DNA of 57,019 nucleotides from a virus (Duplodnaviria > Caudoviricetes): positions 1 through 57,019 of the IMG/VR virus record IMGVR_UViG_3300049004_000112, one strand, 5' to 3'. Position numbers and translations under genes: made by a program. Position 1 is the stretch's first letter. Each line of letters starts with the position of its first letter. The notes under the pieces are model-generated. The model was not told where the DNA came from, did no database searches, and was given only the letters and a program-made list of their open reading frames with translations. Shown here piece after piece: positions 55,682-57,019 of this stretch.

Positions 55682-57019
55682 ATGGAACGGCCGCTTCCGC
55701 GTTTCGTGACCTCAAAGGACGTCGCCGGCCGGACGCGCTACTACTGGACGCTCCCGACCTATTACCGCGAGCTCGGCTGCACGCTGCACAAGGAACACGA
55801 AACTGCGCTTGGCGCGGACTACGCGACCGCCTGCGGCGAAGATGGCAACGGCGGCCGGGCCGCGACCTTGAACGGACTGTTCGATGACTGGGACCGCGCG
55901 CGCCTGGGCGAGCCGCCACTGCGGAAGATCGAGGTCAAGGTTGGCAGCGTCGACTGGCTATTCCAAACGTATCGCCGATCGAACGACTGGACCGAACGTG
56001 TGTCGGCGCGCACGGCGCCGGACCACGAGGTCACCATGAACCTGGTCCGCGACATCAGGCGCAAATCAGGAATTCGCATCGGCGACACCATGATCCCTCA
56101 CATCACGCCGGAAGTCGCCGACTTGCTCTACGCCAAGGTGCGGGACACCCCTGTCCGCAAGGGCAAGACCGAGCGGCCGCGCACGGCGGAGAAGGTCGTC
56201 GCGGTCTGCCGCCATGCGTGGAAAGTGGTGCACCGGCTGCACCCGGGCCTGTTCATCCAGGGATCCTCCGCAGGAGACGAGCTGGTCTGGAATCCATGGG
56301 AAGGCATCGCAATGCGAAGGCGCCGCAAGGCGACCAAGCCGGCCGCGACGCGTGACCAAGTCTACGCCTTCGCCTGGGGCGCGATAGAGGCCGGTTTTCC
56401 GGAGCCGGCCGCAGCTGCGGTTATCTGTTTTGAATGGCTGCAGCGCCCGGAGAACGTGCTGGCGGGGTACGTGACGTGGAACGGATACCGCGGCAAGGAA
56501 CACCCGACGCAAATCCGGATCGAGCACCAAAAAACCGGCGAGATGGTCATGCACCCGCTGGAGGGAACGGTCAACGGCGACACCACGCTGTTTTACGAAG
56601 AGGCCGAAGAAGTGCTCTCGCATCTGCAGAAGATCGGCGTCGGCCTGGTCATGCGGCCGGGCGTCAAGGGCGCGCGGCAATGGGACAAGCACACCATGGC
56701 GCGCCACGTCCGGCACCTGCGCGACCGCGCCGGCCTGCCCGCCACCTTCACGCTCGACGCCTGCCGGCACGGCGGCATGACCGAGCTCGAGGAAGCGGAA
56801 CTGACCGACGGCCAGGGCCGCGCGCTATCGGCGCACCGCTCAAAGGCGTATGATGGCTATGCGAAGCGGACCGAAAAGCGGGCGCTGGCGGCGACGCGGA
56901 AGCGGTACGCGCACAAGGTGGCGATGACCGGATCGGATTTGAGAGGGAAAGAAAGCAATGAAGAGATTGTCGCCGGAGGAAGCCCACGCCATCAATCGTC
57001 TGATGGACCCGCCGCCTGA
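55682..57019 (+). CDS. Tyrosine recombinase / phage integrase
   Basis: LQRPE (R), K in HQKTG, ACRHGG, SAH and GY catalytic residues; N-terminal arm-binding RYYW motif. Confidence 0.9.
   Translation: MERPLPRFVTSKDVAGRTRYYWTLPTYYRELGCTLHKEHETALGADYATACGEDGNGGRAATLNGLFDDWDRARLGEPPLRKIEVKVGSVDWLFQTYRRSNDWTERVSARTAPDHEVTMNLVRDIRRKSGIRIGDTMIPHITPEVADLLYAKVRDTPVRKGKTERPRTAEKVVAVCRHAWKVVHRLHPGLFIQGSSAGDELVWNPWEGIAMRRRRKATKPAATRDQVYAFAWGAIEAGFPEPAAAAVICFEWLQRPENVLAGYVTWNGYRGKEHPTQIRIEHQKTGEMVMHPLEGTVNGDTTLFYEEAEEVLSHLQKIGVGLVMRPGVKGARQWDKHTMARHVRHLRDRAGLPATFTLDACRHGGMTELEEAELTDGQGRALSAHRSKAYDGYAKRTEKRALAATRKRYAHKVAMTGSDLRGKESNEEIVAGGSPRHQSSDGPAA

Larger units (their letters stand above)
1..57019. mobile_element. 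Temperate prophage (lambda-like head, Mu-like contractile tail, tyrosine integrase); boundaries not resolved
   Basis: Complete ordered modules: integrase/xis, cI/cro, replication, terminase-portal-capsid, sheath-tube-TMP-baseplate, fibres, lysis. Genes at 1-1133 may be morons or flanking host DNA. Confidence 0.95.

Noticed and set aside
1-57019. attL/attR core repeat, tRNA or rRNA genes
   Set aside because: None recognised by eye; the window ends at the integrase stop codon, so the att site probably lies outside

Overview
The window is an almost complete temperate prophage, probably from an alphaproteobacterium of the Hyphomicrobiales/Bradyrhizobium type (inferred from GapR and GcrA-like genes and high GC). 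No att sites are recognisable inside the window. From the right end: a tyrosine integrase and excisionase with a rightward early operon (52.5-57 kb); a cI/cro switch with palindromic operators (51.2-51.65 kb); a long leftward early/middle operon with three DNA methyltransferases (ParB-fused, helicase-fused, C5), GapR, a GcrA-like protein, ASCH, an SNF2 helicase, a replication initiator with iterons and a NusG-family antiterminator; a lambda-like cos/terminase/portal/capsid module; a Mu-like contractile tail with a -1 frameshift chaperone; a multi-gene fibre cluster; and a lysis cassette. The most unusual observations are (1) a 24-bp palindrome, AGCCTGCGCCAATTGGCGCAGGCT, present four times, including inside the ParB-methyltransferase gene itself, which may be a parS-like loading site; (2) four fibre-cluster proteins with Sec-type signal peptides, three of them with paired cysteines; (3) a lambda-like cosQ/cosN predicting 12-nt cohesive ends; and (4) a NusG paralog in the Q position followed by a structured leader and terminators. 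All protein family calls come from motif recognition by eye, not database searches.
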